Shown piece after piece: positions 63,819 to 64,000 of a stretch of DNA of 64,000 bases. Origin of the DNA: an uncultured bacterium (GTDB lineage Bacteria; Patescibacteriota; Minisyncoccia; Phycocordibacterales; PALSA-1337); the NCBI GenBank assembly GCA_903872035.1, contig CAIQIZ010000009.1, positions 7,299-71,298 on the forward strand. The letters run 5' to 3'. How positions within the stretch are numbered: position 1 is the stretch's first letter; every line of letters begins with the position of its first letter. Below the pieces are notes generated by a model. It made no database searches. It was not told the origin of the DNA and saw nothing but the letters and a program-made list of their open reading frames with translations. Made by a program: the position numbers and the translations under genes.

Positions 63819-64000
63819 ACTCCTCCAACAGGCACTTGAGCGCCTTATCCCACCGCTTGCCGATGTTGTTGAAGAACAGAACCTTCTGTCCATTAACATT
63901 GGCACGGTGGATGTGGTCGAACATGGCCGAGACCCAGCCCTCATGGTGATTACCATCGGTCACGACCGCCACAGGCATTCCCAGCTCGGTCATCTCAAAG
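63819..64000 (-). CDS. partial CDS (3' end only), possible metallophosphoesterase-like
   Basis: minus-strand frame open from window edge to TAG at 63819-63821; VVTDGNHHEG (GNH[DE]-like motif); visibly GC-richer than neighbouring genes. Confidence 0.3.

Noticed and set aside
63819-64000. Calling the right-edge partial gene a horizontally acquired island on GC content alone
   Set aside because: Only 180 nt are visible and the GC difference was judged by eye. It is mentioned as a possibility under the palindrome finding but not asserted.

Overview
This 64-kb window reads as one compact bacterial chromosomal segment with moderate GC by eye, long polycistronic runs and many 4-nt ATGA gene overlaps. 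It has three blocks.

(1) 49-9515, minus strand. An operon encodes two secreted Ser/Thr/Pro/Ala-rich mucin-like surface proteins, a GT-A-like protein, a membrane-anchored class-A beta-lactamase-like serine hydrolase and a methyltransferase-like protein. It also holds an O-antigen-ligase (Wzy_C)-type polytopic protein with a C-terminal TPR array.

(2) 9589-48162. This is an uninterrupted glycoconjugate assembly and modification locus of about 38.6 kb and about 34 genes. It contains:
- a Wzm/Wzt-type ABC exporter, where Wzt carries a C-terminal extension;
- at least 9 GT4/GT-B glycosyltransferases;
- two polyprenyl-phosphate-hexose synthase-like GT2 enzymes (DPM1/GtrB/ArnC type), plus a GtrA protein and a UPF0104 flippase-like protein;
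- five GT-C polytopic glycosyltransferases with periplasmic DE motifs, two of which form inverted paralogue pairs;
- at least 12 methyltransferase domains, including 3 FkbM-type, several tandem/fused MTases and a B12-binding radical-SAM enzyme;
- an AsnB-type amidotransferase;
- at the very end, an orphan TraD/VirD4-like coupling-type P-loop ATPase with a long Pro/Ala/Lys-rich tail.

(3) 50.6-64 kb. Cell-envelope and housekeeping genes: a GH-like TIM-barrel protein, rsmI, an ATP-grasp ligase, mraY, an Ate/Bpt-like aminoacyl-tRNA-protein transferase candidate, a MurC/Mpl-type Mur ligase, a LysW-like zinc ribbon, a PLP fold-II enzyme, a four-helix-bundle protein, murD, radC, and a partial GC-richer gene at the right edge.

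The noncoding content is the most unusual part.
- A family of extended-hairpin elements sits immediately after stop codons: two ~150-nt copies at 7069-7214 (minus) and 55788-55937 (plus) and a shorter relative at 46854-46942. Their closing stems are perfect but diverged in sequence, which is a covariation signature.
- A GC-rich, highly structured, terminator-capped region of about 430 nt at 50160-50620 contains no credible ORF and is a candidate structured ncRNA.
- There are several long perfect palindromes, a (AAGGAGG)x7 tandem Shine-Dalgarno repeat, and a 19-bp perfect inverted repeat pair bracketing the Mur ligase gene.

No rRNA, tRNA, CRISPR array, transposase, integrase, restriction-modification or toxin-antitoxin genes were recognised. 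Lineage cannot be fixed from this window. The GH-like/DUF4015-type protein, the ligase-TPR fusion and the orphan TraD-like ATPase hint at a Patescibacteria-like organism, but only weakly.

Caveat: in a few places the displayed text and the supplied ORF track disagree by 1-2 nt. For example, a T required by the translation of ORF 44673-45026 is absent near 44881, and the ATG of the 60540-60902 gene is shifted at 60901. Coordinates of noncoding features are therefore +/-2 nt. CDS coordinates follow the ORF track, with starts adjusted where an internal ATG directly abuts the upstream stop.
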